Source: an uncultured cyanobacterium
Lineage (GTDB): Bacteria > Cyanobacteriota > Cyanobacteriia > Cyanobacteriales > Nostocaceae
Length of the DNA: 64,000 nt
Reading direction: 5' to 3'
Assembly: GCA_963706595.1 (NCBI GenBank)
Contig: OY970166.1
Location: 1,280,001-1,344,000, forward strand
The translations under genes and the position numbers were made by a program. Position 1 is the first letter of the stretch. Each line of letters begins with the position of its first letter. Below are positions 50,281 to 59,323 of this stretch, one piece after another. Below the pieces are notes generated by a model that was not told the origin of the DNA, ran no database searches, and saw only the letters and a program-made list of their open reading frames with translations.

Positions 50281-51216
50281 ATGAGAATTTTAGTTACAGG
50301 CGGTGCTGGATTTATTGGTTCTCATCTCATTGACAGATTAATCCCCGCAGGACATGAGGTTATTTGCTTAGATAACTTTTACACAGGTGATAAACGCAAT
50401 ATCCTCAAATGGATGAATAATCCATATTTTGAACTCATCCGCCATGACATCACAGAACCGATTCGCTTAGAAGTGGATCAAATTTATCATCTAGCTTGTC
50501 CAGCTTCTCCTGTACATTACCAGTACAACCCCGTTAAAACCGTTAAAACTAACGTCATGGGGACAATGAATATGTTGGGGCTGGCTAAACGGGTTAAGGC
50601 TAGGTTCTTTTTAGCCTCAACCAGCGAAGTTTATGGTGATCCGGAAGTTCATCCCCAACCAGAAGAGTATCGGGGTAGCGTTAATCCTATCGGTATCCGT
50701 TCCTGTTACGACGAAGGCAAACGCATTGCAGAAACTTTGTCATTTGATTATTACAGACAAAATAAAGTCGAAATTCGGGTGGCGCGGATTTTCAATACCT
50801 ACGGACCGAGAATGTTAGAAAACGACGGTCGGGTGGTGAGTAACTTCATCGTTCAAGCTTTAAAGGGTAATCCTTTAACTGTGTACGGAGATGGTTCACA
50901 AACTCGCAGTTTTTGTTACGTTTCTGACTTAGTAGATGGGTTTATCCGCCTGATGAATGGCGACTATGTGGGACCTGTGAATTTGGGTAATCCTGGGGAA
51001 TACACAATTTTGGAATTGGCGCAAGCTGTGCAGAACATGGTCAACCCGGATGCAGAAATTAAGTTTGAGCCACTACCTTCTGATGATCCTCGTCGTCGCC
51101 AGCCTGATATTACCAAAGCTAAAACCTTGTTAAATTGGGAACCTACCATACCGCTACAAGAGGGGCTAAAGCTCACAGTGGATGATTTCCGCAATCGCAT
51201 CCAAAGCGATACCTAA
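50281..51216 (+). CDS. UDP-glucuronate decarboxylase (UDP-xylose synthase family)
   Basis: [33 protein letters not shown] motifs. Confidence 0.93.
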   Translation: MRILVTGGAGFIGSHLIDRLIPAGHEVICLDNFYTGDKRNILKWMNNPYFELIRHDITEPIRLEVDQIYHLACPASPVHYQYNPVKTVKTNVMGTMNMLGLAKRVKARFFLASTSEVYGDPEVHPQPEEYRGSVNPIGIRSCYDEGKRIAETLSFDYYRQNKVEIRVARIFNTYGPRMLENDGRVVSNFIVQALKGNPLTVYGDGSQTRSFCYVSDLVDGFIRLMNGDYVGPVNLGNPGEYTILELAQAVQNMVNPDAEIKFEPLPSDDPRRRQPDITKAKTLLNWEPTIPLQEGLKLTVDDFRNRIQSDT

Positions 51217-51380
51217 GTTTTAGGTTCGGTGACAGCACGAAATACTGTCATCGAACCTGCGTGCAGGCTCAACGTCTCAGTAGCCTGGACTTCAGTTACT
51301 GGTTTTACCAGTGGTATAAAAGTGTCATCTTTGACAATTTTTTTGAAGGTTAATCCCAAAAAAGCGAGGAGTTAAACTAA

Positions 51381-52772
51381 ATGCGTGTTTGCGTAATTGG
51401 TACGGGTTACGTTGGTTTGGTTACAGGTGCTTGTTTGGCTCATATCGGCCATGATGTCATTTGCGTAGATAATAATGAAGAAAAAGTTAAATTAATGAAG
51501 TCTGGGCAGTCCCCAATTTTTGAGCCGGGACTTTCAGACATTATGCAGTCTGCCATTAAAACAGAGAAAATCCACTTTACTACAGATATTGCCGCCGGAG
51601 TTGCCCACGGAGAAGTTTTATTTATTGCTGTGGGAACACCACCTTTACCTACTGGCGAAAGTGATACCCGCTACGTTGAAGCTGTAGCCCGTGGGATTGG
51701 TGAAAACCTCAACGGTGGTTATAAGGTAATTGTGAATAAATCTACAGTCCCCATTGGTTCTGGTGACTGGGTACGAATGATTGTTTTGGATGGGATTGCG
51801 GAACGTCAGAAAACACTTGTCCCCGCAGGTGGAGTAGCAAGTGATGAAAAATCACTTGAAGATTTAGCCCAATTTGATGTGGTCAGCAATCCAGAGTTTT
51901 TGCGTGAAGGTTCGGCGGTGTATGACACTTTTAACCCTGATCGAATCGTTTTAGGCGGGAATAGTCAAAGAGCGATCGCTTTGATGAAAGAACTGTATAC
52001 GCCCATTGTCGAACGCCAGTATGCTGCTGATAAATCTTTACCACAAGTGCCTGTACTAGCTACAGACCTCAGTTCCGCCGAAATGATCAAATACGCTGCT
52101 AATGCCTTTTTAGCCACCAAAATTAGCTTTATTAACGAAGTTGCGAATATTTGCGATCGCGTCGGTGCTGATGTTACCCAAGTAGCAAAAGGCATTGGTT
52201 TAGATTCCCGCATTGGTAACAAATTTTTAAACGCTGGGATTGGTTGGGGTGGTTCCTGCTTCCCGAAAGATGTCTCAGCACTGATTCACACGGCTGAAGA
52301 CTATGGTTATGAAGCCCAGATTATGAAAGCTGCTGTCAGTGTCAACGAGCGCCAGCGCTTGATTGCTTTAGAAAAACTCCAGCAAGTTCTCAAAATTCTC
52401 AAAGGTAAAACTGTCGGACTTCTAGGTTTAACCTTCAAGCCAGATACAGATGATATGCGAGATGCGCCAGCACTGAATTTGATTGAACAGCTTAACCGAC
52501 TAGGAGCGAAAGTCAAAGCCTACGACCCCATTGTTTCCCAAACAGGTTTACGTCATGGTCTAACTGGCGTGTTAGTGGAAACCGATGCGGAAAGGCTAGC
52601 CGATGGCTGCGACGCTTTGGTATTAGTCACCGAATGGCAGCAGTTCAGCAGTCTAGATTACGCTAAGATGGCAAAATTAATGATCCATCCTGTAATCATT
52701 GATGGTCGAAACTTCCTTGACCCTGAAACTATGGTTAGGGCTGGTTTCCAATATGTCGGTGTGGGAAGATAG
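51381..52772 (+). CDS. ugd: UDP-glucose 6-dehydrogenase
   Basis: GTGYVG, NKSTVP, SNPEFLREG, GGSCFPKD motifs. Confidence 0.95.
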   Translation: MRVCVIGTGYVGLVTGACLAHIGHDVICVDNNEEKVKLMKSGQSPIFEPGLSDIMQSAIKTEKIHFTTDIAAGVAHGEVLFIAVGTPPLPTGESDTRYVEAVARGIGENLNGGYKVIVNKSTVPIGSGDWVRMIVLDGIAERQKTLVPAGGVASDEKSLEDLAQFDVVSNPEFLREGSAVYDTFNPDRIVLGGNSQRAIALMKELYTPIVERQYAADKSLPQVPVLATDLSSAEMIKYAANAFLATKISFINEVANICDRVGADVTQVAKGIGLDSRIGNKFLNAGIGWGGSCFPKDVSALIHTAEDYGYEAQIMKAAVSVNERQRLIALEKLQQVLKILKGKTVGLLGLTFKPDTDDMRDAPALNLIEQLNRLGAKVKAYDPIVSQTGLRHGLTGVLVETDAERLADGCDALVLVTEWQQFSSLDYAKMAKLMIHPVIIDGRNFLDPETMVRAGFQYVGVGR

Positions 52773-52981
52773 AAAAACCTCACCCCCAACCCCTCTCCTT
52801 AGTAAGGAGAGGGGAGACTTTGACGCAAGTTAAAGGCGGGGTGAGGTTCTGTATTTTAAGGGTTACATAGAAGTTAAAAATAGAGAATAAAAAACCTCAC
52901 CCCCAACCCCTCTCCTTGGTAAGGAGAGGGGAGACTTTGACGCAAGTTAAAGGCGGGGTGAGGTTCTGTCTTTTAAGGGTT
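52773..52981. repeat. Two ~92-bp direct repeats (period 117) of an AACCTCACCCC..CCCTCTCCTTAGTAAGGAGAGGG..GGGGTGAGGTT hairpin element
   Basis: Units 52773-52864 and 52890-52981; a partial reverse copy lies at about 63125-63170. Confidence 0.85.
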
Positions 52982-53767
52982 GCTGGGAATACGTTCTATT
53001 TCCGCATAACCACTGAAAATTAAATTTTTACCTTCAGTTTCTAAACGATTCAGTCGCATTTTCACACCATCAAGGTCAAAGCGATCCAAATCAACCATAT
53101 TATCTAAAATTTCCGCCAGCGCCATACTCAATGTTTGGGAGATTTCCCGTTGGGCTTCTGGTATTGAGTCAAGCTCAATTTGGGGGTTTTTAAAGGAAAT
53201 CCGTCGCCGTCTTTCCACAGCTACACTCATTACCATGCTTAGTGGGATGATTTCGCCATTATTTAAATCTGCTTTAGCTAAAATCCGCAGATGATTTGCT
53301 GCTAAAAGTTCTACTTGAATATCGGTAAAGGAAACTGGTGTACCTCCAGAGATTTCTGTCAAGGAGGGTACTGTGAGGTTAACCAGGTGCTGTGTCACCA
53401 GTTTGGCGTTGAAGGCTTGGTTAATGCCCGCTTCTGATAGAATTACGTTAGCGATCGCCTGGGTGGGTTGCTTGAGGTTGAGCTTACCACTCAGAACCGC
53501 ACCGAAGTCAATGGCAACCGCATCGGTTTCAAAGGACATTTCCTCGACCAAAAAATCTTTACGAATCACCAAGCCAGTACCGCTCATTTTGAAGCTATCA
53601 ATGCTGCCTTGCAACAGTTTGCTGGAGGGATAGCAGCGCACAAAGACTTCTACTGACTTGCTTTGGGTAAACAAGTGGCGAATCGTTTGGCTGGCGACTG
53701 TGTTTAGCATTCGCTCTCCCCAATCTGTGCTTTGAGAATCTTTTAAACCAGTAAGTCCGCCGAACAT
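52973..53767 (-). CDS. DUF2993 (LmeA-like) protein
   Basis: DWGERMLN..SSKLLQGSIDSF..FETDAVAID; start placed at ATG 53767 (MFGGLTG). Confidence 0.8.
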   Translation of the reverse strand: MFGGLTGLKDSQSTDWGERMLNTVASQTIRHLFTQSKSVEVFVRCYPSSKLLQGSIDSFKMSGTGLVIRKDFLVEEMSFETDAVAIDFGAVLSGKLNLKQPTQAIANVILSEAGINQAFNAKLVTQHLVNLTVPSLTEISGGTPVSFTDIQVELLAANHLRILAKADLNNGEIIPLSMVMSVAVERRRRISFKNPQIELDSIPEAQREISQTLSMALAEILDNMVDLDRFDLDGVKMRLNRLETEGKNLIFSGYAEIERIPSNP

Positions 53768-53890
53768 GAAGTTTTGGATCTCTAGAAGTTCTTTATACTT
53801 TTGTAACAAATCGTGAAGAATAGAGCAAGCGATCCCCACATTCATTTTGCTGATGGTGGGGTGAGTGATCGCTGATGATTGCTAGTTCAA

Positions 53891-53906
53891 TGTATTATAT
53901 ATTACA
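53891..53906. promoter_or_regulatory. Candidate NtcA site
   Basis: TGTA-TTATATAT-TACA in the divergent intergenic region; the AT-rich context lowers significance. Confidence 0.3.
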
Positions 53907-53942
53907 TTTTCCGATATTATAAACCCAAATTACCCGAAACCA

Positions 53943-53976
53943 AAGATCCCCGACTTCTTGAAGAAGTCGGGGATCT
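53943..53976. repeat. Perfect palindrome AGATCCCCGACTTCTT-G-AAGAAGTCGGGGATCT
   Basis: Directly visible inverted repeat. Confidence 0.75.
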
Positions 53977-54088
53977 GAGCCTCTCGCTAGGGAGTAAATC
54001 CGATAGGATTGCTATATTCAAGTGCAGATTTCAGAATTGAAGAGAGTGAAACTCAACCCTAAACCGCAAACGGTACGGAGGAACAACG

Positions 54089-54736
54089 GTGGTTACACTA
54101 CAACTGCGCCAAATTGATGTTCAACCAGGACAATGTTTGATATTACGCGAGATTAATTGGGCAGAATTTGAAGCAATTTTAGAAGAATTAGGAGAACATC
54201 GCGGTGCGCGAGTTGCTTACTATCAGGGAGTGTTAGAAATTCGGATGCCGTTGCCAGAACATGAAAAAGCTAAGATCCTAATTGGCGAATTTGTGAAAAT
54301 TTTGCTTGATGAATTAGAAATAGACTGGGAACCTTATGGTTCGACCACATTTAAGCGTCAAGAAATGGCAGCAGGTTTAGAACCAGATGATTGTTTTTAT
54401 ATTCAAAATGCAGCCCGAATGATCGGTAAAAATCGACTGAATTTATCAGTTGATCCGCCTCCAGATTTAGCAATTGAAATAGACGTAACCTCAAAGACTC
54501 AACTTTCAGCTTATGTGGCGTTGGGTGTTCCTGAACTTTGGTGTTATGCGGATAGTCAATTGCAGACTTTTCTGTTACGTGAAGGTGAGTATGTGCAGGT
54601 AGAAAACAGCCCCACGTTTGGACATTTGCCTGTAGTTGAGGGTATTTTGCAATTTTTGAAGTTGAGCGAGATAGAGGGTGCTAGTGCAGCGCGGCGAGCT
54701 TTTCGGCAGTGGCTGCGTTCTCTTTTAGCGGGATGA
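54089..54736 (+). CDS. Uma2 (DUF820) family endonuclease-fold protein
   Basis: GLEPDDCFYIQN, PPPDLAIEID, LGVPELW motifs. Confidence 0.92.
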   Translation: MVTLQLRQIDVQPGQCLILREINWAEFEAILEELGEHRGARVAYYQGVLEIRMPLPEHEKAKILIGEFVKILLDELEIDWEPYGSTTFKRQEMAAGLEPDDCFYIQNAARMIGKNRLNLSVDPPPDLAIEIDVTSKTQLSAYVALGVPELWCYADSQLQTFLLREGEYVQVENSPTFGHLPVVEGILQFLKLSEIEGASAARRAFRQWLRSLLAG

Positions 54737-54752
54737 GAGGTAGGTTTACTCA

Positions 54753-54999
54753 CTATTTACCTGTTAAGCCATCTTGCAAAATTGACTTGTTGTTTAGGGA
54801 CAAATCCGTTTCTGCTTCACTACAGCCAATAAAACCATTTTGTGTGAGCGAATCTAGAGGTTTTTGCTACTGAAGTTGCTGGTATTGCAAATTAATAGTA
54901 ATCCTAATGGCATCGGTAAATGAATGTCTGATGAGTCTGCTGTTGAATGTAACTGAGTTTGTAACCATCTTCCTAATCTAATCATGCATTGATATGCAT
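54753..54999 (-). pseudogene. Degraded CopG/RHH-type antitoxin gene
   Basis: My translation MHINA*LD*EDGYKLSYIQQQTHQT / frameshift / TDAIRITINLQYQQLQ*QKPLDSLTQNGFIGCSEAETDLSLNNKSIL, with three internal stops. Confidence 0.6.
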
Positions 55000-55693
55000 A
55001 ATTTTAGAAATTTGTCATCAGCTTATATGAAGATTTTAACATTTGATGTCAGAGGAGCAAATCCTTGTTATTCACAAATATATAGTCGTTCTCGTCTAAG
55101 TAGTTACTATAAGTTACGCATTGACAATAAATACGAAATATGTATGGCGCTAAAAAGCACATATTTCGTAGGGGTTTAGCATTGCTAAACCCCTACCACA
55201 CGGGTATATTTACTATCAACATGATCATTGTTAAAAGCCGGAAATTGGCTATTTTCGGTGACAGCATACCATGATTAATTTGTACAGTGCGTAAGTCCTA
55301 GTTACGTGTTCCCTGTGAGAAGCTTCTCTGGGCTACCATTGACATACAATCGTCGTCTGTATCTGGGCTGTTGGCTCACTACGGGAAGCCCGTCATTGCG
55401 AGGAGGAACGACGCAGCAATCGCAAAAACCACGGAATTATGCGATTACTTCGTTCCGCTATGGCTGCACTCGTAATGACAATTTAAAGGGTTTAGAAAGC
55501 TTGAAATCCTTGCATATAGGACTTGTGTGTACACCGCATCTCCCTTTGGGAGAAGGTGAGAAGAGTTAATTAACCAGAAAATTCTAGTTTTAAAGAGTAA
55601 TTAAATTAAAGTGACTGTAATTTCAAACTAAAAAACAGTTTTAGTAAGCCAACGCCGTACTCTGGCAATTTTAATTGGGAAAATTCAATTATA

Positions 55694-55795
55694 TATAATG
55701 CAAGTATAGGAAAGGTGCATCAAATATAATGCAACCATAGTAAAGGTGCATCAAACATAATGCAAATATAGGAAATTGCATCAAATATAATACAA
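55694..55795. repeat. About 3.3 tandem copies of a 30-31-bp unit (TATAATGCAAnnATAGnAAAGGTGCATCAAA)
   Basis: Units start at 55694, 55725, 55756 and 55786 (partial). Confidence 0.85.
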
Positions 55796-55956
55796 TTCTC
55801 ATCAGCTTAAAAAAATATCACCTAACAATATACTTTGCATATAAATAGCCGAAACCTTTGTCTGACAAGCAATACAGGCTATAAATTTTTTGAGTATAGT
55901 CATTTTATAGAGTTTTTTGCAAAAATATTTATATGAAGGAAATCTTTTTTATTTTC

Positions 55957-55985
55957 CTGTCAAAAAGAAATTTCAGTGATACAAT
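55957..55985 (+). promoter_or_regulatory. Predicted sigma70 promoter for the small ORF 56288-56491
   Basis: CTGTCA-17 bp-TACAAT with an extended TG. Confidence 0.5.
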
Positions 55986-56008
55986 GGTCAATGATAGTAA
56001 GAATTAAC

Positions 56009-56116
56009 GGCGTGGCTGATTTGAAGTATGAACACAATTTTTGATGATGTCAAAACCACTGTAAAGAAGTTCCATTAAACGTCTCTACTAAATTCATGCT
56101 TGGTTTCAGCAATGCC
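56009..56116. mobile_element. Second copy of the ~110-bp MITE with 8-bp TSD
   Basis: Homologous to 6623-6733; TSD GAATTAAC at 56001-56008 and 56117-56124. Confidence 0.85.
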
Positions 56117-56125
56117 GAATTAACG

Positions 56126-56295
56126 AAAAAGGGGTATAGGTTATTTACAACCTACCCCCTGTTCCGTAGACAATCAGACTCTAACTGATACTACGTGTTT
56201 TTTAATTCTTAAGTCAAAACTTCTATTACGTAGACAATCAGCTCTAACTGATACTACGTGTTTTTTAATTCTTAAGGAAAAAAAGTAATGCTACA
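56126..56295 (-). ncRNA. Predicted ~170-nt cis-antisense RNA covering the 5' UTR and start of the small ORF
   Basis: Minus-strand CTGACT-17-TAGAAT (56329-56301) and a GC hairpin followed by U5 on the minus strand (56126-56159). Confidence 0.45.
56165..56276 (+). repeat. Two 48-49-bp direct repeats, each a hairpin followed by T6
   Basis: CGTAGACAATCAG(A)CTCTAACTGATACTACGTGTTTTTTAATTCTTAAG at 56165 and 56229, with a 15-bp spacer. Confidence 0.9.
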
Positions 56296-56491
56296 AACCC
56301 ATTCTAGCGCAACAACGCCTAAGAGTCAGTCTTTTAAGCAGAGTGTGAGAGGACATCTAATGCCAGTTTTTTTTATTTTGGCATTAACGACAGTTAAGCT
56401 TGAGGTCGATACCCCAAGTTTAAAAGTGCGACTAAATCTTGTCCCACCGGAAGTAACTAGAACGTTAATTCAATTGATACAAGGTCAATAA
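56288..56491 (+). CDS. Small hypothetical protein with a hydrophobic core (candidate type I toxin)
   Basis: AAGG RBS, 67 aa, LMPVFFILALTTV segment, downstream hairpin at 56511-56535. Confidence 0.55.
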   Translation: MLQTHSSATTPKSQSFKQSVRGHLMPVFFILALTTVKLEVDTPSLKVRLNLVPPEVTRTLIQLIQGQ

Positions 56492-56547
56492 TTGTAAGTT
56501 AAAAAATAATGGGGTGTGGGTTACGTCCACACCCCAGGTCACACCAA

Positions 56548-56769
56548 TCATGAGGCTTTATAATAAATTGCAGGGCGGTATCTCGGTTCTGGTATTGGTT
56601 TACCTTCGATTTTGGCAGCTTCTAACCATACTGCTTTTGCTTGTAATACTTCATTAAGTGCTTCTTCTTCAGTCGAACCAAATGCCGAACAATATTTTAG
56701 ATCAGGAATATCAGCTATATAGCCGTTATCTTCTTCACTGTAGAAAATATTAATGTGATAGTGTTTCAT
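56548..56769 (-). CDS. hicB: HicB family antitoxin (short, without DNA-binding domain)
   Basis: YSEEDNGYIADIPDLKYCSAFGST.EEAL..PIPEP. Confidence 0.9.
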   Translation of the reverse strand: MKHYHINIFYSEEDNGYIADIPDLKYCSAFGSTEEEALNEVLQAKAVWLEAAKIEGKPIPEPRYRPAIYYKAS

Positions 56770-57023
56770 TATTCATCCTCCAAGGTGAGTGCGTATTCTT
56801 CAACTAAAATCATCAATTGACGGACTTGATACGGAACAGATTTGCCGTTTCGATTTTGGAGATTAACAAGCTCAGGGATATCAGGATGAGTAAAAATGTG
56901 ATGACTCCCATTAACTCGTGATAGAGTAAATCCAAAAGCTTCAACCAAAGCAACTAATTCATTAAAATGAATATTTTTAGAACCAGAAAGAACTTTTTCT
57001 AGTAATTTACGCTTTTTCGACAT
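56769..57023 (-). CDS. hicA: HicA family toxin
   Basis: FGF..RVNGSHHIFTHP..NLQ..PYQVRQ; TAATG overlap with hicB. Confidence 0.9.
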   Translation of the reverse strand: MSKKRKLLEKVLSGSKNIHFNELVALVEAFGFTLSRVNGSHHIFTHPDIPELVNLQNRNGKSVPYQVRQLMILVEEYALTLEDE

Positions 57024-57026
57024 TGA

Positions 57027-57290
57027 TTAATCCTGTGTGTGGCGTTCCTGGATGAGTTCATCTACCAAGTTTCTCTCTGGGGATTTATCTTTTAATAAAC
57101 CTCTTAACTTTTTAACTTGTTGTTTAAGGCTGACTAATTGGATCTTGCCACTATCTTGAAGTGTTAAAATTAAGCGATCGCCTGATTCTAAATTTAGTTT
57201 TTCTTGTACTTATTTAGGTAAAGTTAAACGTCCTTCCGGTTCAATATCAAGTGTAAATTGTTGAGGAATTGATGAATTAGCAATTGTCAT
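57027..57290 (-). pseudogene. AbrB/MazE/SpoVT-family antitoxin with one premature stop
   Basis: MTIANSSIPQQFTLDIEPEGRLTLPK*VQEKLNLESGDRLIL..ERNLVDELIQER; TAA at 57210-57212. Confidence 0.8.
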
Positions 57291-57368
57291 AGCTGAATCT
57301 TCCCTTGTGTTACACGTATTTATATTTTAGCAAAACTCTCAAAAATTCTTTCTCTGTACTCTAGTCTG

Positions 57369-58976
57369 CTATATATTTGCTGTATGCTTCAGAGGAATCT
57401 CAATCAAAAATTCTGTTCCTTTTCCAGGTTCAGAAACACACTCGATTTTGCCCCTATGCTTCTCTACAATAATTTGGTAACTAATAGATAAACCTAAACC
57501 AGTACCTTTCCCTACAGGCTTAGTAGTAAAGAACGGTTCAAACAACTTATTTTTAAATTTTTCTCTTATTCCTGTGCCGTTATCTTTAATACTAATAATT
57601 ACGTTCTCTGCATTTTTTAGTTGAGTATGAATAATAATTGAACTGGAGTGTTGTTTCATATCTTTATAAGCATTAATTTCCTGTTGGCGTAAAGCATCAA
57701 TAGCATTAATAAAAATATTCATAAATACCTGATTTAATCCTCCTGCATAACATTCAACAAGAGGCAAATTTTCATAATTTTTAATAACTACAATTTCCTG
57801 CTGTTTGTTCTGACCTTTAAGATTATCTTGCAAAATTAACAGCGTACTATCAATCCCTTCGTGAATATTCACTGGTTTCATTTCTGCTTCATCAAGACGC
57901 GAAAAATTCCGTAAACTTAAAACAATCTCACGGATACGTTCAGCGCCAATGGTCATTGAATCTAATATTTTTGGCAAATCATCAATAATAAAATCTAAAT
58001 CCATCTCCTCAATTAAAATATTTATTTCGGGATTGTAATCAGAATATTCTTGTTGATATGCGTTAATCAAAATTAATAATCTTTGAGTGTATTCCCTAAC
58101 GTGTATCAAGTTCCCATAAATGAAATTAACAGGATTATTAATTTCATGAGCAACACCAGCGACTAACTGACCAAGTGAAGACATCTTTTCAGTTTGAATC
58201 AGTTGAACTTGAGCTTGCTGCAAAAATTCCAGTGTTTGTTGTAATTGAATATTTTTATGGTTTAATTTTTTTGTTCTGGCCGCAACTTGTATTTCTAATA
58301 TGGAATTAGTTTCTTCTAAGGCAACTTGAGCATTTTTTTTAGCTTTTAAGTATTCTTGCAATAAACGTAATACTAAAAGCCACGCTGGAATAAGTACCAT
58401 TAAACTGATAGTAGAGACTAAAATAGCCCAAATCATTCTTTGGCGATACGCAGCAACTTTTTCTTGCAAACCAAGTGAAATATTACTGTTCCTTTGAGCA
58501 ACACCATCGGCATAAATTTGTTTCTGAGTTTCGTATTTACGGCTGGATAATAGTAGCTGTGCAGCCTGTTTTTGATTGCTATTAACTAAATTAAAAGATT
58601 CATATTCCATTGCAACTAACTGCTGATTAGCCACATCAATCTTTTGGGAATTCTCATCTTCATATCTTTCAGGAGCCAGTTTAATAGCTTCTTGAATCGC
58701 CAGATCAAGTTTTGGTTCAAATTGGCGATATCGTTTTTCCCACATAACATTCCCTGTCGCTGCATTCATTTTGGCAGACATGGTTAATACTTCATCAAAA
58801 TAAGTAATTTGATCACTGAGTTTTTGTAGTTTGAATTCCTGTTTATTCATACTATTGAAGTTATAATATGCTTGCCAGTTGAGCCAAACTTGAGGGAGAA
58901 ACAATAGTAATGTCAGCAATACTGTCACACTTACTAGCTGAGAAGGAGTAAATTTCAGCTTATAAAATAAATGCAT
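57369..58976 (-). CDS. Membrane sensor histidine kinase
   Basis: Two TM helices; EKMSSLGQLVAGVAHEINNP, NQVFMN, DNGTG, GKGTGLGLSIS. Confidence 0.93.
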   Translation of the reverse strand: MHLFYKLKFTPSQLVSVTVLLTLLLFLPQVWLNWQAYYNFNSMNKQEFKLQKLSDQITYFDEVLTMSAKMNAATGNVMWEKRYRQFEPKLDLAIQEAIKLAPERYEDENSQKIDVANQQLVAMEYESFNLVNSNQKQAAQLLLSSRKYETQKQIYADGVAQRNSNISLGLQEKVAAYRQRMIWAILVSTISLMVLIPAWLLVLRLLQEYLKAKKNAQVALEETNSILEIQVAARTKKLNHKNIQLQQTLEFLQQAQVQLIQTEKMSSLGQLVAGVAHEINNPVNFIYGNLIHVREYTQRLLILINAYQQEYSDYNPEINILIEEMDLDFIIDDLPKILDSMTIGAERIREIVLSLRNFSRLDEAEMKPVNIHEGIDSTLLILQDNLKGQNKQQEIVVIKNYENLPLVECYAGGLNQVFMNIFINAIDALRQQEINAYKDMKQHSSSIIIHTQLKNAENVIISIKDNGTGIREKFKNKLFEPFFTTKPVGKGTGLGLSISYQIIVEKHRGKIECVSEPGKGTEFLIEIPLKHTANI

Positions 58977-59323
58977 TTTCCTACCTTGATATATCGTATA
59001 TTTGGAGATAAAGCAATTTTTAAGACGGTAATAAACTGTTGATTTGTCAAAGCTTGGAAGCGACTGGGTTTATACAAGCTAAATACCATGCTACTACTCT
59101 AAGCGCAGCCAACCAGCACGGCTTTACAGGACTTTGATTTCTGCAAGCCGCACACTGGCGTTAGCCATAGTGAAACGAAGCATCAGACCGAAGCAGTCAC
59201 CTTTGCTTTAGCGAAACGCAAGGGTCTGAGGAATTTAACACGTTGTTACATAGTTTAGATGTATTTGTGCAAACTTACTGACAAGCTCATGACAAGTGTA
59301 ACATTTTTGTTTCTGAGTATGAA

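Noticed and set aside
55306..55569. 87-aa ORF
   Set aside because: It overlaps a GTCATTGCGAG..CTCGTAATGAC palindromic repeat and MITE-end fragments, so it is likely non-coding.
55694..55795. Possible CRISPR array
   Set aside because: The units are contiguous with no unique spacers.
56165..56276. Possible mini CRISPR array
   Set aside because: Only two repeats, a 15-bp spacer, and no cas genes in the window.
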